Source of the DNA: Octopus vulgaris
Taxonomy: Eukaryota
Length of the DNA stretch: 64,000 nt
Direction: 5' to 3'
NCBI GenBank assembly: GCA_951406725.2
Contig: OX597835.1
Span: 31,930,001 to 31,994,000, forward strand
Part shown: piece by piece, positions 39,221-51,399 of the stretch
How positions within the stretch are numbered: the stretch's first letter is position 1
How the letters are laid out: each line of letters opens with the position of its first letter
The notes under the pieces: model-generated
Database searches by the model: none
What the model was told of the DNA's origin: nothing
Seen by the model: only the letters and a program-made list of their open reading frames with translations
Position numbers and translations under genes: made by a program

Positions 39221-39303
39221 CTTTCCTGATGAGAAGACGGCATAATGCACCCTTTATTCCTTCGGAATTAAGAATATGCAGTCTTCGAAACATGTGTTGA
39301 AAG
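39221..39303 (+). ncRNA. Type-I hammerhead ribozyme with long stem II
   Basis: ctttc CTGATGA gaagacggcata...tatgcagtcttc GAAA catgtg TT gaaag. The homologous half at 43688-43712 has canonical GAAA catatg TC gaaag. Confidence 0.8.
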
Positions 39304-39345
39304 TAAAGGAATTTTGTTAAAATCTTCGTTCGACTCCATTCTTTC

Positions 39346-39520
39346 ATATGAACACACACATGTGTATATATATATTATATATGTGTACGTAAATATGTGT
39401 GTGTGCATGTATGTAAGTATGCGTATATGTATGTATTTAACTTTCTTTTTATGTATATATCCCTCTCTCTCTCTGTATGTATATCTATGTGTGTGTATGT
39501 ATATATATATATACATATAC

Positions 39521-39591
<71 letters not shown>

Positions 39592-39743
39592 CATACACAC
39601 ACATAGATATACATACAGAGAGAGAGAGTGATATATACATAAAAAGAAAGTTAAATACATACATATACGCATACTTACATACATGCACACACATATTTAC
39701 GTACACATATATAATATATATATACACATGTGTGTGTTCATAT
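39346..39743. repeat. Near-perfect ~400-bp palindrome centred on (TA)n
   Basis: Arms of about 165 bp contain non-periodic sequence (aagtatgcgtatatgtatgtatttaactttctttttatg) in mirror orientation. Confidence 0.95.
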
Positions 39744-40398
39744 ATTTAAACGGATATAAATTCAGTTTTAACACACAGTAACAGATCATGTGAAATGTTA
39801 GACAAGTGCAATTCCTAAATATTAATTGATTGCATTTCCCAGAGAAATGTTGATTGAAAAATGAAATCTACTTTTTATTGAATCAAGTGTCCGTTTTTTT
39901 TTCTTTTCATTTTAAAACTTTAAAACATTTTTCTAATGGTAATAAAAACTTTTGTTCAATGATTGCTAAAATTGAAGATGTTATGACATTAAAAGTGAAA
40001 AGAATGAATATGCATTCCTGCTATATACATCATAATTCGTTGTACTCTATGCACAAGGACTTAAATTCTGCAGGAGTTTCATCGATATTATCGACTCCGT
40101 TGCTCAACAGGTTTTTCTTGTGTCGACACTGAAAGGATGAAATGCAAAGTATAACTCGGCGGAATTTGAACTCAAATCGTAAAGCCCAACATAGGTAGTC
40201 TAGCGGTGGTGGTGGTGGACAAACAAAACAAAGATACAATGACCTACATATGCACACAGACATATATATATATATATATAAAATTGTAAAAAGTGAAAAA
40301 ACTACAGAAGGCTTGTTTTAAAAGGTTAAAAAATATATATTTGAGTCAATATGTCTGAAGAATATTATAAATTTTTTTCTTACAATGACATAGTTTAG

Positions 40399-40438
40399 AA
40401 GAAATGACCGGTTTCGCGTTTAGCTTTTCAAATTTCTT
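40399..40438 (-). ncRNA. Minimal type-I hammerhead ribozyme with U3-A8 core
   Basis: aagaaat TTGAAAA gc-taaac-gc GAAA ccgg TC atttctt. 7-bp stem I, palindromic ACCGGT stem III. Confidence 0.75.
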
Positions 40439-40583
40439 ACATCGTTATGTTTATGTTGAGAAGAGGTATCGTTATGTTTATGTTGAAAAGAGTTCTAGAT
40501 AAGGGGAGGTAATAAGTGATTTCTTCCGGTGTAAGGGAGATAATCGCTTAAAATTGTTTGCCTTTCCTTTGGGGTGAATTTCT

Positions 40584-41027
40584 CTATATAAGTATGTTGG
40601 AATGGTTAAGTCTGGGCTTGTACTTATCAATGAAGAATGTTTCCTTGTTTAGTCTAATTTGTGTTGGTGTTCCGATAGCACATTGGTAAAATGGAAAGAT
40701 TAAAAATTGTGGTAGTAGTTGCTTTACGCATTTCTCAATGTGCTCACTAAAAGGTATCATTCTGTATTCTGGGAATGCAATCTGTTGTCGATGCAGTGTG
40801 CATCTACGTCTGAGTGATAGTCCCGTGGATCCCACGTAGTCTTGGTGGCAGCCCGAGCATTTTATGACATAAATTATGTTTTCAGAGGCACAAGTAAAAT
40901 TAGATTTGATCTTGAATTTCTGTCCCTCTTTGAAGAGGAATTCTGATCCTTCTAGCAGGTTTGGACATGTTGCACAGTTCGGTCTACCACATTTTTTTAC
41001 TTTTGCATCCGTAATTTCAGAAAACAA
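40584..41027 (-). pseudogene. PLE GIY-YIG endonuclease domain
   Basis: ORF track: Cys linker plus IIYVIKC..C...YVG. Confidence 0.9.
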
Positions 41028-41540
41028 TTTTGCCTTTGTGAGAATCTTTTTAAGTGTTTTAGGTTGTTTGTAGCTTTTAATGATTTGGTGTATGTTTAGA
41101 ATTTCCTTTAATTTGGGGTCCTTATGAAGTATTGGTACATTCTGGGTGATGATGGTGAAGGCTTCTTTGTTTCTGGGGTTGTATGTGGATATGTAAGGTA
41201 GTATTTTCGGGGAAGGTGTGTTGTTGTCTTGAACTTTTCTTAAAGTTTCTATGTTGATTTCTGTTGCACGTCTGATCCCATCCTCTATGAGTTGAGCTGG
41301 GTAATGTCTGTCAATTAGGGTGTTTTTGAGTTCTTGCAGTCTAAAGTTCCTGGTATTTTGTTCTGATACTATTGTGCATATCCTTCTTGCAAGGTTGAAG
41401 GGGATGTTTGTTTTAGTGTGTCTTGGGTGGCATTAATTAAAAAGAAGGTATTGTTCGGCGTCTGTGGCTTTGTAAAAAATGTCTGTTTCTATTTTAAGGT
41501 TAATTTTTTTAATTAGTATATCCAAGAATGGGAGCTCCTT

Positions 41541-42440
41541 TTAGTTGTATTCCATTGTGAACTGTATATTTGGGTTTATGCTGTTCAATAGGTTTTTAAA
41601 TTTTAGGAGTTTATCTGTGTTTTCATTCCAGAGTATAAAACAATCGTCCAGGAATCGTTTCCAATTCTCTTTTATGTATTGAGAGAGGGGGTTTCCAAAG
41701 ATTGATAAAGATTCCTGGTAAATGATTATTTCCAGGTAGCCCATTGTTAGGTTTGCAATGACTGGTGCTGCCCTTGTACCCATAGCAATTCCAGATTTTT
41801 GACGGTAAAATGTATTGTCAAACATGAAGTGGTTATTATGAAGGATAAATTCAATTGATTTAGTAATGAATTCTTTACTGATCCTTTTTGGTATTTCTTC
41901 CGGAAATTGGTCCAGCCAGAACTGTATTGCCTCTAGTCCATAATTATGAGGTATACTGGTATATAAGTTAACTACATCAAATGAAACCATGATTGTTTCT
42001 TCCTTGGGTTTTTTTGGAAGGTGGTTTAACATATCTAAGTCATCTCTGATATGGCTATCGATATGTTTGAGGAAGGGTTTCAGGAGGATGTCCATAAATA
42101 GACTTAGTCTGTGTGTTTCACAGGTTGGGCCAGCTACAATGGGTCGTAGTTTTAGGTCCCCCGGGTTAGGTGTGTGTATGTATGTCTTTGGTGATTTTTT
42201 AATGGTTTCATTTATAATTTTGCTTTTATGAATTTTTGGCAGACCATAGAAAAGGCTAGGTTTGCATTTAAAGTTTGTTAGAAAGTCAATCTCTTTGGTT
42301 GTCAGTTCCTTTCCATGGGTTTTAATTAGTGAGGACAGAGTTTTCATTATTTTTTGCGGGGTGTAGTTGGTAATTTTTTCATAATGTTGGTTGTCATCAA
42401 GCAAGGAAATTACAAGATTTCTATAGTATGATGTATCCAT
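41541..42440 (-). pseudogene. PLE reverse transcriptase core
   Basis: 299-aa ORF with PLE RT motifs, ending at a premature TAA before LPFLD. Confidence 0.92.
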
Positions 42441-43645
42441 TATTACAACTGCATTTCCCTTGTCTGCTTCCTTAATAGTTATATCCTCATCATTTTGAAG
42501 TTCTATCAGTTCTTTCCATTGTGTAGTGTTAAAATTTGAGTTAACTTTCTGTTCATGTATAGTATGGTAGGGAAAGTTCTCAATGTGTTTACAGAATTCG
42601 TCAAGATCTTTATTTCTTCCTCTGTGTGGGATGTGTTCACTTTTGTTCTTGATTAGTGATTCATCTTCAGTATTGAAACTGGTTGATGCTTCTGCTAGTC
42701 TTAATTTTCTGCAAAATTCTGTTATATTATCCTTGAATTCATTTAGGTTGGCTCTGCGTGGAGTTGGTGTAAATTTGAGCCCTTTTGCGAGGATGTCAAT
42801 TTTTATGTTAGAAAGAGGTTTGGTTGAAAGATTGATTATCTTCGGTTTTTCCTTATTACTAGGTTCCAGCCTGTGTCCTGGTGTCTCTGGTCCCTGGCTA
42901 AAAAATGTTGGGTGTAATTTTGTTTGTATGAGTTGTCTGTGAGGTTGTGTGATATTGGGTCGGGGGAATGGTGGTATTGTTGCCCCCGATTGTTGTGTGT
43001 GTGTGGGAATCTATGGTTGTTTTTGTTTGTGGTGTGTGTAAAATTTCTGTATGTGAAATATTTTGGTTTCGAACTGCTTGTATGTGGGATGTTGCTTGAC
43101 ATAGTGTTTTTTGCGTTTGTCTTGTGTTCAGTGGGGACCAGTAATTTTGGTTCATGGGGTAGTAGCGACTTGTGTGTGGTGTATTTCTTATTCTAGTGTC
43201 GTTTTGTGCTGTATTGTGGTTGGGTCTGGTATTAGGATATTGTTGGTGTGTTCTGTTTTTGGTGTAATTTATTTCATAGACGCGTTGTCTGTCAGCTTGT
43301 TCCCTGTTAAGTCTTGCGTGGTTTGAAAATGTTGGTTGTGGGTGATTTCTGTTTCTAGTGTATGGAGGATAGTTGGGGGTTGTTCGTGGGTTGTTTGGTT
43401 TTTCTTTTTTTATTTTTTGTAATTTTCTTAAGGAAGGGATTATTTGTATCCAATTCATTTTTGAAAGTTAAACTATATCTTTGGAAGAAATCGTTGCTTT
43501 TTTCCCAGCGCAGGAGAGAATTTCTCTCTTCTTTTTCACAGGTATCCTTCCAATGATCTAATGTACTTTCAAGGGGTTGTCCCTCGGTATGTTTTTGTAT
43601 TATATTGTGCATCTCCTCGTCGATGCTTTTAAATTTTTCCTCAAG

Positions 43646-43716
43646 TAAATAAATATAGTTGAACGCAGATGTTATAAAAATTCTTTTACTTTCGACATAT
43701 GTTTCGAAGACAACAT
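43646..43716 (-). mobile_element. Naiad pLTR fragment with the 3' half of a hammerhead
   Basis: Matches 12595-12670. Minus strand gtcttc GAAA catatg TC gaaag. Confidence 0.75.
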
Positions 43717-44075
43717 TGGTTGGTAAACATGTGTTTCGGTTTCAGTTGCACTGCGCAGCATCTTCTGTTATAACCCCCGGGCCGTCCAAAGCTTGGTGAA
43801 TAAATTTGGTGGACAGAAACTGCGTGGAAGCCCCTGTATGTGTGTGTGTATATGTGCCTTACTATTTGTATTTGAACCCACCTCCACAATTAACAGATAT
43901 TTGTTTGTTTATGATCACGTAACCTGGCGCATCGGCAAAAGAGATCCATTAATTATGTACCAGAAGTTTAAACCAAAAATTTTTAAAAATACATATTGGG
44001 GACGGTTTGTTTGATTAATTCCCTCAAGGCGGTACCCCAGCATGGCCGCTGCCCAACAACTGAAGTGAATGAAAC
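43717..44075 (+). mobile_element. Diverged SINE family A
   Basis: Homologous to 2262-2735. Confidence 0.75.
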
Positions 44076-44315
44076 ATAAAACATGGTGACACAACAGAAT
44101 AATTATCAATCATGATTCATTCTATAAAACACTTGAGGTTAGTGCTACAGCATGACCGCAGCCCTACGACTGAAATGAGTGAAACATAAAACATGAAGAC
44201 AAATCAGAATACGTATTAATCATGATTTATTCCTTAAAATTCTTGAGGTGGGTGCCCCAGCATGACCGCAGTTCAGCGACTGAAAAGTGTAAAGCACAAG
44301 AAAAAACATGAAAAC
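44022..44315 (+). repeat. ~110-bp tandem triplication of a SINE 3' end plus flank
   Basis: cagcatg(g/a)ccgc...actgaa...aaaacatg occurs three times. Confidence 0.85.
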
Positions 44316-44330
44316 AGAGTAAGTAATAAT

Positions 44331-44555
44331 ACTCTTTACTCTTTTACTTGTTTCAGTCATTTGACTGCGGCCATGCTGGAGCACTGCCTTTAGTCGAGCA
44401 AATGAACCCCGGGACTTATTCTTTGTAAGCCCAGTACTTATTCTATCGGTCTCTTTTGCCGAACCGCTAAGTTACGGGGACGTAAACACACCAGCATCGG
44501 TTGTCAAGCAATGCTAGGGGGACAAACACAGGCACACAAACACACACACACACAT

Positions 44556-44614
<59 letters not shown>

Positions 44615-44780
44615 TACGACAGGCTTCTTTCAGTTTCCGTCTACCAAATCCAATCACAAGGCATTGGTCGGCCCGGAGCTATAGTAGAAGACACTTGCCC
44701 AAGATGCCACGCAGTGGGACTGAACCCGGGACGATGTGGTTAATTAGCAAGCCACTTACCACACAGCCACTTCTGCGCCT
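44331..44780 (-). mobile_element. SINE family A, full length
   Basis: Head aggcgcagaagtggctgtgtggtaag, B box gggttcagtcc, CORE-like cttgggcaagtgtctt, internal (TA)(TG)n, (AAAAGAGT)-type tail. Confidence 0.92.
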
Positions 44781-45558
44781 ATGTCGATTTGTTTGATAAA
44801 ACTCTTCAGATTTTTGCTGTAGCAATTCCGCAGGCCCTTGATTGAAACGAGTGATATAAAATATAAAAGATATTAAGTTTAGAAGACCGATATTTGAAAT
44901 ATGTACTTCTCTGACCGCACATTGGTGATAAATTGAGACCGAATATAGAGCAAAAGAAGCGAAAAGTACACCATGGATTATTCTTCTCAGCTACTTCACG
45001 TTGCATATCGTTAGATTGCACTCGCTCTTTTGACATGACTAAATCTGAAATGTCGCGGGAAATAATAATTTATGGAGAAATCATCATAGTAAGTAAAATG
45101 AACATACTATCAAATTATAGAAGAAAATCAGTTTGAGGTCATTTTTTTTTTGCCATTTGTTTTTACTGGAGGTGGATGGGCGCTTGGCGTTGTGATGTCG
45201 TATCAGAAATTGTCTTCAAGAATTAACCACTGGGAAGGATATATTCTCTATGAAAAGTTAATTGAAAGTGCAAAACAAAAGTGACTCAAGTATTGGACAT
45301 GTTTTCATCTAAACAGAAGATTTTCATTTTTCTTTCCTTTTTATGTTTTTTTTTAGAACTACAGGTTAATGATGAAGAAGAAATAAAACATTTATTCTCT
45401 TTTGTTTTTTGTGTATAGAATAGTAAATTGCTTTAACACAATCAAACATATTTCTCTCACCTGCCGACGTCTGATTTATTGATCAAGTTTTACTATTACT
45501 CTTAGAGAAAATACAAATATATGAAACAATTTACCTTAAAGTTCACTCTCTCTCCCTC

Positions 45559-45591
<33 letters not shown>

Positions 45592-45611
45592 TTCTCTTCC
45601 TACACACACAA

Positions 45612-45647
<36 letters not shown>

Positions 45648-45675
45648 TCCAGCTCAAAAAAAGAACATACATATA

Positions 45676-46006
45676 TCGTTTATCTTTTACTTGTTTTAAT
45701 CATTAGACCAGTATCATGTTTGAGTATCGCTTTGAAGGGCTTTAGTCGAACTGATCGACCCCAGGAGTTATTTTTTAAGGCTGGGACCTTATCGGCACGA
45801 ATCCTACAGTACTCTTTCACCACAACTTTGTCTCACTCCTTCCTGTTTCTGTCATACCTGTATTTTAAAGGGGGTCAACCTTGTCACACTCTGTGTCACG
45901 CTGAATCTCCCCGAGAACTACGTTAAGTGTACATGTGTCTGATGAGTGCTCAGACACTTGCACGTTAATTTCACAAGCAGGCTGTTCCGTTGATCGGATC
46001 AACTAG
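45676..46006. mobile_element. SINE fragments (family A 3' end on -, another SINE body on +)
   Basis: 45676-45790 is family A. 45810-46006 shares ctctttc.ccacaacttt with family C and its 3' domain with 21933-22000. Confidence 0.7.
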
Positions 46007-46952
46007 AAAAGAAATATAAAAAAAAACTGATAATGAATTAAATAGTCTACAGTAAATATTAGACTCACATATTTTCAGGTTTATTTATGGATAACCATGC
46101 ACACACGTATGTGTGTTGGAGTGTGCGTGAGTGTGTATGTTTGTGCGTGTGTCTGCATGCGTGTATGTATGTGTATATGTGTACGCATGTAATGGATGTG
46201 CAAAGTTTGTAAGCTCAGATGTTACAATATAAAAGCTTAATCGATGCCAATTATTAAAAATACTCCACGTTCATTGTAGGCAAGAAATAATTACAAGTAA
46301 TTTTTATTGTCTAATTAAATTAATTACCACCATTATTCGTTGACGTAAAGAAAAATTAAATCTACAAAAATTAATTTCATATATTAAACTATCAACGATG
46401 ATTTATGATTATAGTTAAAGGAGATGACCATATCTGGATTACAGTACTTTTGTATCAAAGATTTTAGTCATAGTACGTGGCGAATGCGTTTTTGAGATGT
46501 GTGTTGCACTGATATACCTGCCAATTGGTAGAACTGCATCATGATCTCCGAAAGTAATGATATTAAAATGACATTGGTGAAATTCGATCCAGTATATAAA
46601 ATAATCGTTGGCAAATTGCAGCTCATGCGATTTTTCTCCATAGAATGCCTAACGAAGGATTATTTTGAAATTATCTTTGCAGTACGCGCCGCCGCCTGAT
46701 GATACAGCATGTCCATTGCGGTCCACTTCTCGAAAAAGGTTTCAAATGCCGCATTGGAAAGAATACTGCTGGATTCTGTAATCTGCATATTTACAAATGA
46801 GGGAGTATATATGTGGTTTCAAAGTGTATATACCAGTAAGATATTCATGAAATAAATCACTACAAAAAAATGGAGTGATCCCTACCCATCTATCTATCAA
46901 TATGTTACCCTCATTTTCTTAGCATAAATATATGTACGCGCGCGTGTGTGTA

Positions 46953-48199
46953 TTGGGTCATCCCATAAATAATGTGGGGTTTTTTTCCAATTGCATGAAC
47001 TAAAAGTCGCAGGGGACGGGATAAACCCCCTACATCAACTCGCAATAAAAGCAGGTGATAATTTTACCTTGTACTTATTCTTAGTGAAAGTTTTGAAGAT
47101 TGCAATTCGATTCTAACAATTATTTTTGAAAGCTATAACACAAGTGACAAAGGAGCACATTCGGTATGTTTTGCAACGGAAAGTGCGAGGAATATTAATG
47201 CTGTATATCGGAATCGGACAATAAGCATAATTCAGTGTCAAAAGTGTTTCCAGAAATTCTGAGGAAACTACAGCCTAAAAGACGCGCTTCGTCCTGGAAG
47301 ATCTGTAGAGCTCGATAAGTACGTAAAGCAAACCCTAGTGGAAGAAAATCCCGTCGTAACTGTTGAAGAACTAGCAGAGAAGCTTCGATTTGGTAATTCT
47401 ACCATTCATCAACACATGCGTGTCATCGGAAAAGTCTGTAAATTGAGTGAATGGGTTCCTCACGAACATTCTGAGTTTAATTTTTACTCTTCTTTGCTGT
47501 CATGTCACACGAAAGAACCTTTTTCGGATCGAATAGTGACTGGTGACAAGAAATGGGTTCTGTATAAAAAGAAAAGTCTAGCGCTGAAGACAGTGGACAA
47601 GGAAAGGAGAAACACCGGTACCCCAGAATAAAGAATGTGTTCACCTACGTAAGGTAGTTACCTGTTTGGTGGTATATAAACGGTTTAGTCTACTTTGACA
47701 TTTTAAACCCAAACCAAACGATAACAAAAGAGACCTACTGCGAGCAGCTTGAGCTGCTTAAGTCAGCGCTAGAAGAAAAACGACCAAGTTTTGTTTCAAG
47801 ACCAAACGTGTTCTTCCATCAAGATAATGCTCAGCCACATACAGCGAGTATGACATTCCACCAAAGGCTGGAGCAGTTTGAATGGAAAACGATACCCCAC
47901 TTAACATATATACTGGACGTTGCCCCATCTGATTATTAATTTATTCCGCAGTCTTCAATATCATTTGGACGGAAAAAAATATGAATTCTGGAGACCAGGT
48001 CAGAACAGTACTGCAGAAGCATTTTTCGTGACGGTCAAGTGAATTTTGAAAGAAGGGCTTTGCAAGTCTACCAGAAAGATGGGAGAACATTCTAGAAAAT
48101 GAAGGAGAGTAAATTTAGACTTAAAAAGAATTTTCTTTATCATAATTTTGAAAAATGAGATACGTATAAAAAAACCGCATTATTTTGGGGATGACCCTA
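46953..48199 (+). mobile_element. Mariner DNA transposon, second decayed full-length copy
   Basis: TA|ttgggtcatcccataaataatg TIR. WVPHE, IVTGDKKWV, HQDNA.PH, DVAPSDY. Collinear with 14309-15826. Confidence 0.95.
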
Positions 48200-48420
48200 C
48201 ATAAATATATATATAGATATATATATATATATATATATAGGCATATACGCTCATACACACACACACACACACATACACACACACACACATATATATATAT
48301 ATTTTGAAACTAGTTAAAGTTCTTTGTAAAAGAAAATTTCTAAGACTGAATATAAAGAAAAAAGGTGGAAATGCACGTAGGTGTATTACGATGAATCTCT
48401 GGAAAACAAAAGATTTTCGA

Positions 48421-48470
48421 TAATATTTTTCCAGGTTTCGACTGTTTTTGCAGTCTTATCAAAATCTAAT
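48421..48470 (-). ncRNA. Degenerate hammerhead-like motif (U3-A8 core)
   Basis: Minus strand TTGATAA gactg-caaaaa-cagtc GAAA cctgg. The cleavage triplet and stem I are damaged. Confidence 0.45.
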
Positions 48471-49124
48471 ATTTTTATCAATATTCAATTCGTCACATAT
48501 TACGAGTGCTTTCAAGATATGACATCAAAGATGTCTTGTGTCTTATTATTCTTATCGTAAAAAGAAATAAAAAAAAGATGCAATGTTGAACCCTTTCTTC
48601 AACATATCATTTTTTTTCTCCTTTCCATCTTGATCACAACCGCACACGTTTTCTCTTTAAAAAATTCTAAGACGTTTAAAATTTCAACCTCGTCTGATTC
48701 AATGTACATTTTTACCTGGATCCCCTTCTGAAGTCCTCCCGCCCCACCTCAACACATTTGTAGATTCAAATGACGTAGATATGTGCGTGTAGGCATAGAT
48801 ATGTATGTATATGCGTGTGTGTGTGTGTACGTCTGTATATACGTGTGCATGTACGAATATAGATGTTTATCAATATATATATGCATATGTATATATACCA
48901 TATATAACATATAGACACACACACGCACACACATTTATATATATATAAGTGTGTGTGTGCGTACGTATATACCTTCTGGTCCTTTTTCTATCTCGTTAAA
49001 AGATTGGAAAAAGACCAAAAGCGTGTATAAAATGTATATATATAACCATGCATACCATCTCATACGTACATACACGCACACAAACACACACACGCACACA
49101 CACAAACACACACACATATATATG

Positions 49125-49160
<36 letters not shown>

Positions 49161-49171
49161 TATATGTATCC

Positions 49172-49207
<36 letters not shown>

Positions 49208-49716
49208 AATGTATGTAAGAACTTATGTTTACTTTTTTGTGTGTGTATGTGTGTGTGTATGTGTGTGTGTATATGTGTGTGAGTGTGTGTGCGCGCGCGT
49301 TTCCGTGTATACACACATCTGAAACCGTCGTACACTAAAATAAAAAATACAACTGAAAAGATAGAATTATTTCAGAAAAAAGATTTGCATTACTTGACTT
49401 CGTTAATTTTGATAAAGTTATTTTTATTTTGTTTCAATAAAACTCCAAAAGAAATGTCGAAACTGGTGAAAATACAATGTTAACTCTTGTTTTCTATAAA
49501 ACATGTAATCTATGTAAACTAATGTTTTCTATAAAAAATAAAAATTCATTTTAACACACATCGTGTATTTCCACATGTTCCAACGTCTTAAATTATCTTT
49601 CTCTCTTTCTCACTATCTCTCTCTCTCTCTCTCACTCTATATATATATATATATATATATAGATAGATAGATAGATATATATACAAGTTCATATGTATAT
49701 ATATATATATATATAT

Positions 49717-49767
<51 letters not shown>

Positions 49768-50028
49768 TGTGTATATATATTTGTATATAAATTTATGTGT
49801 GTACGCGTGTGTGTGTATGGAAATATATTTATATGTACACATACATATATAGACACATATATATAAACACACGTATATATATACACATATATATTCATAT
49901 ATAGCAAACAAACTGAGCTAATAGAAGTCTAAATCTTTGTATGGAATGTTGATACATATGTATGTGTGACACATACACACATGTATATATGTGTATATAT
50001 ATGTGTGTATGTTTATATATATAAATAA

Positions 50029-50060
<32 letters not shown>

Positions 50061-50414
50061 ATTTATACATAGGATGAAATATAGTTTGTATATATTAATA
50101 AAACAATGTAGCCAGATGTTTGGAGAATAAAGTGCGTTTATTAATTCTTAGTTTCAAATATTTTCCATTTGAAGGAATTTATCGAGGAATCTCTTTGATT
50201 GCTTCCTTCGAATGGAAAAAAAGAGTTGAGAAGTTAAAGGTAATAAATAAAACATGTGTCCAATTTCTGATTAATTTTGTTTTATTGATTATAACCAATC
50301 AGAAAGGTGCTGAACTGACAGAATCGTTTAAGACGCCGGACAAAATGCTGTGCAGTATTTTGTCCGTCCTTATGTTTTGTTTTCAAATATCACCGAGATC
50401 GACTTTCCTTTCAG

Positions 50415-50700
50415 TCGTGTCTCGCCTTTACCTTCGAAACGCCGAGTAGACGAAACAGAGGAGGCTGAAGAAGGGGAATTTTCCTTGTGTTGTATGTCCT
50501 GTACCCTGATTTTTCGTTGTTTAAAAAAATGTCCGTTTCCATGGTTCCGTTTTTATGTTTTCGTTTCTCATTGTGTTCGGCGTTTTTTTGGTGTCCTGTA
50601 CCTATATATGGATGTATATATACGTATAGATGTAGGTCGGTACATATATGTATGTATATATGCATATGTTTCATTTATTATTTTGTTATTATATATATAT
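50415..50700 (+). mobile_element. Probable PLE pLTR-type repeat ending in (TA)n
   Basis: 50620-50700 is a reverse homologue of 388-460. Family assignment is an inference. Confidence 0.45.
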
Positions 50701-51399
50701 TAAATGGCGGAATCAAGCAAGGAAGGAAGAAGTAAAGATACAGAAAGAGAGAGAAAGAGAGAAAGAAAGACAGAAAGAGAGAAAGAAAGAAAGAAAGAAA
50801 GATCGTGTTCATGGGAATTAAAATTAATAAAAATATTCATACGTGTGTATTTCATATCATAACAGGATTGTTGTTGAATAAGAAAACAGTAAAGAACCAG
50901 CTGTTTCTTTTACGTTATTCGTCTCTCTAATTCCCCAGAGACTTTTTAGACCTCTGCATCTGTTACTACACTTAATGACAGAAAACAGTCCTCTATCATT
51001 ACGTATGTTTACTAATTATGCTCGTTAATTACATCTCAAATATTAATTCCGGTAATAATTCAACCACAAAATTAAGTATTCCATAAAGAAAAAAAAACAT
51101 TGTAAAAATCATTAAAATATATATTTTTTTTTTTTTTTATTTTGTTTCTTTTGTTCTTAATGCTCTTCGTGATAATGGTCGACAGACGAAAGTTTCTGAC
51201 ACAATTTGGTGAATTTCTATTCGATAAATAGTTGGTTCGTATCATGTTTAAAGTAGCTATTATTTGTTATCGATGAAAGAAATAAGCAGTTTCTCTCGTG
51301 GAAATTAAGGCTATTTGAAGTTAAATCCAGGAATAATTTGAAAGAAAAATTTTTTGTAATGTGCGTGAATAGATAAGTAAGATGCTGGTTTTTTACGTA

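Larger units (their letters stand above)
37448..39343 (+). mobile_element. 5'-truncated Naiad-type Penelope-like element (thumb, Asn-rich linker, GIY-YIG, pLTR)
   Basis: FYNAALSKAGY; IWF; SIYQCRI...YIGATT..LSQRISNH; STGLSKLVW.LK; CGIC; KCKH. pLTR with hammerhead downstream. Confidence 0.88.
40281..43645 (-). mobile_element. Near-full-length Neptune-type Penelope-like retroelement (disabled)
   Basis: IINLS..L....IL.KGLKFTPTP; IKEADKG; FYGLPKIHK; LRPIV; SFDVVNLYTSIP; GIAMGT; RFLDD; linker CGRPNCATC; IYVIKC..C...YVG. In-frame stops near 41541 and 41433, 5' frameshifts. 3' end in (TA)n. Confidence 0.95.

Noticed and set aside
46670-46790. GC-richer patch as an exon
   Set aside because: Short frames on either strand with no recognisable homology and weak splice signals.
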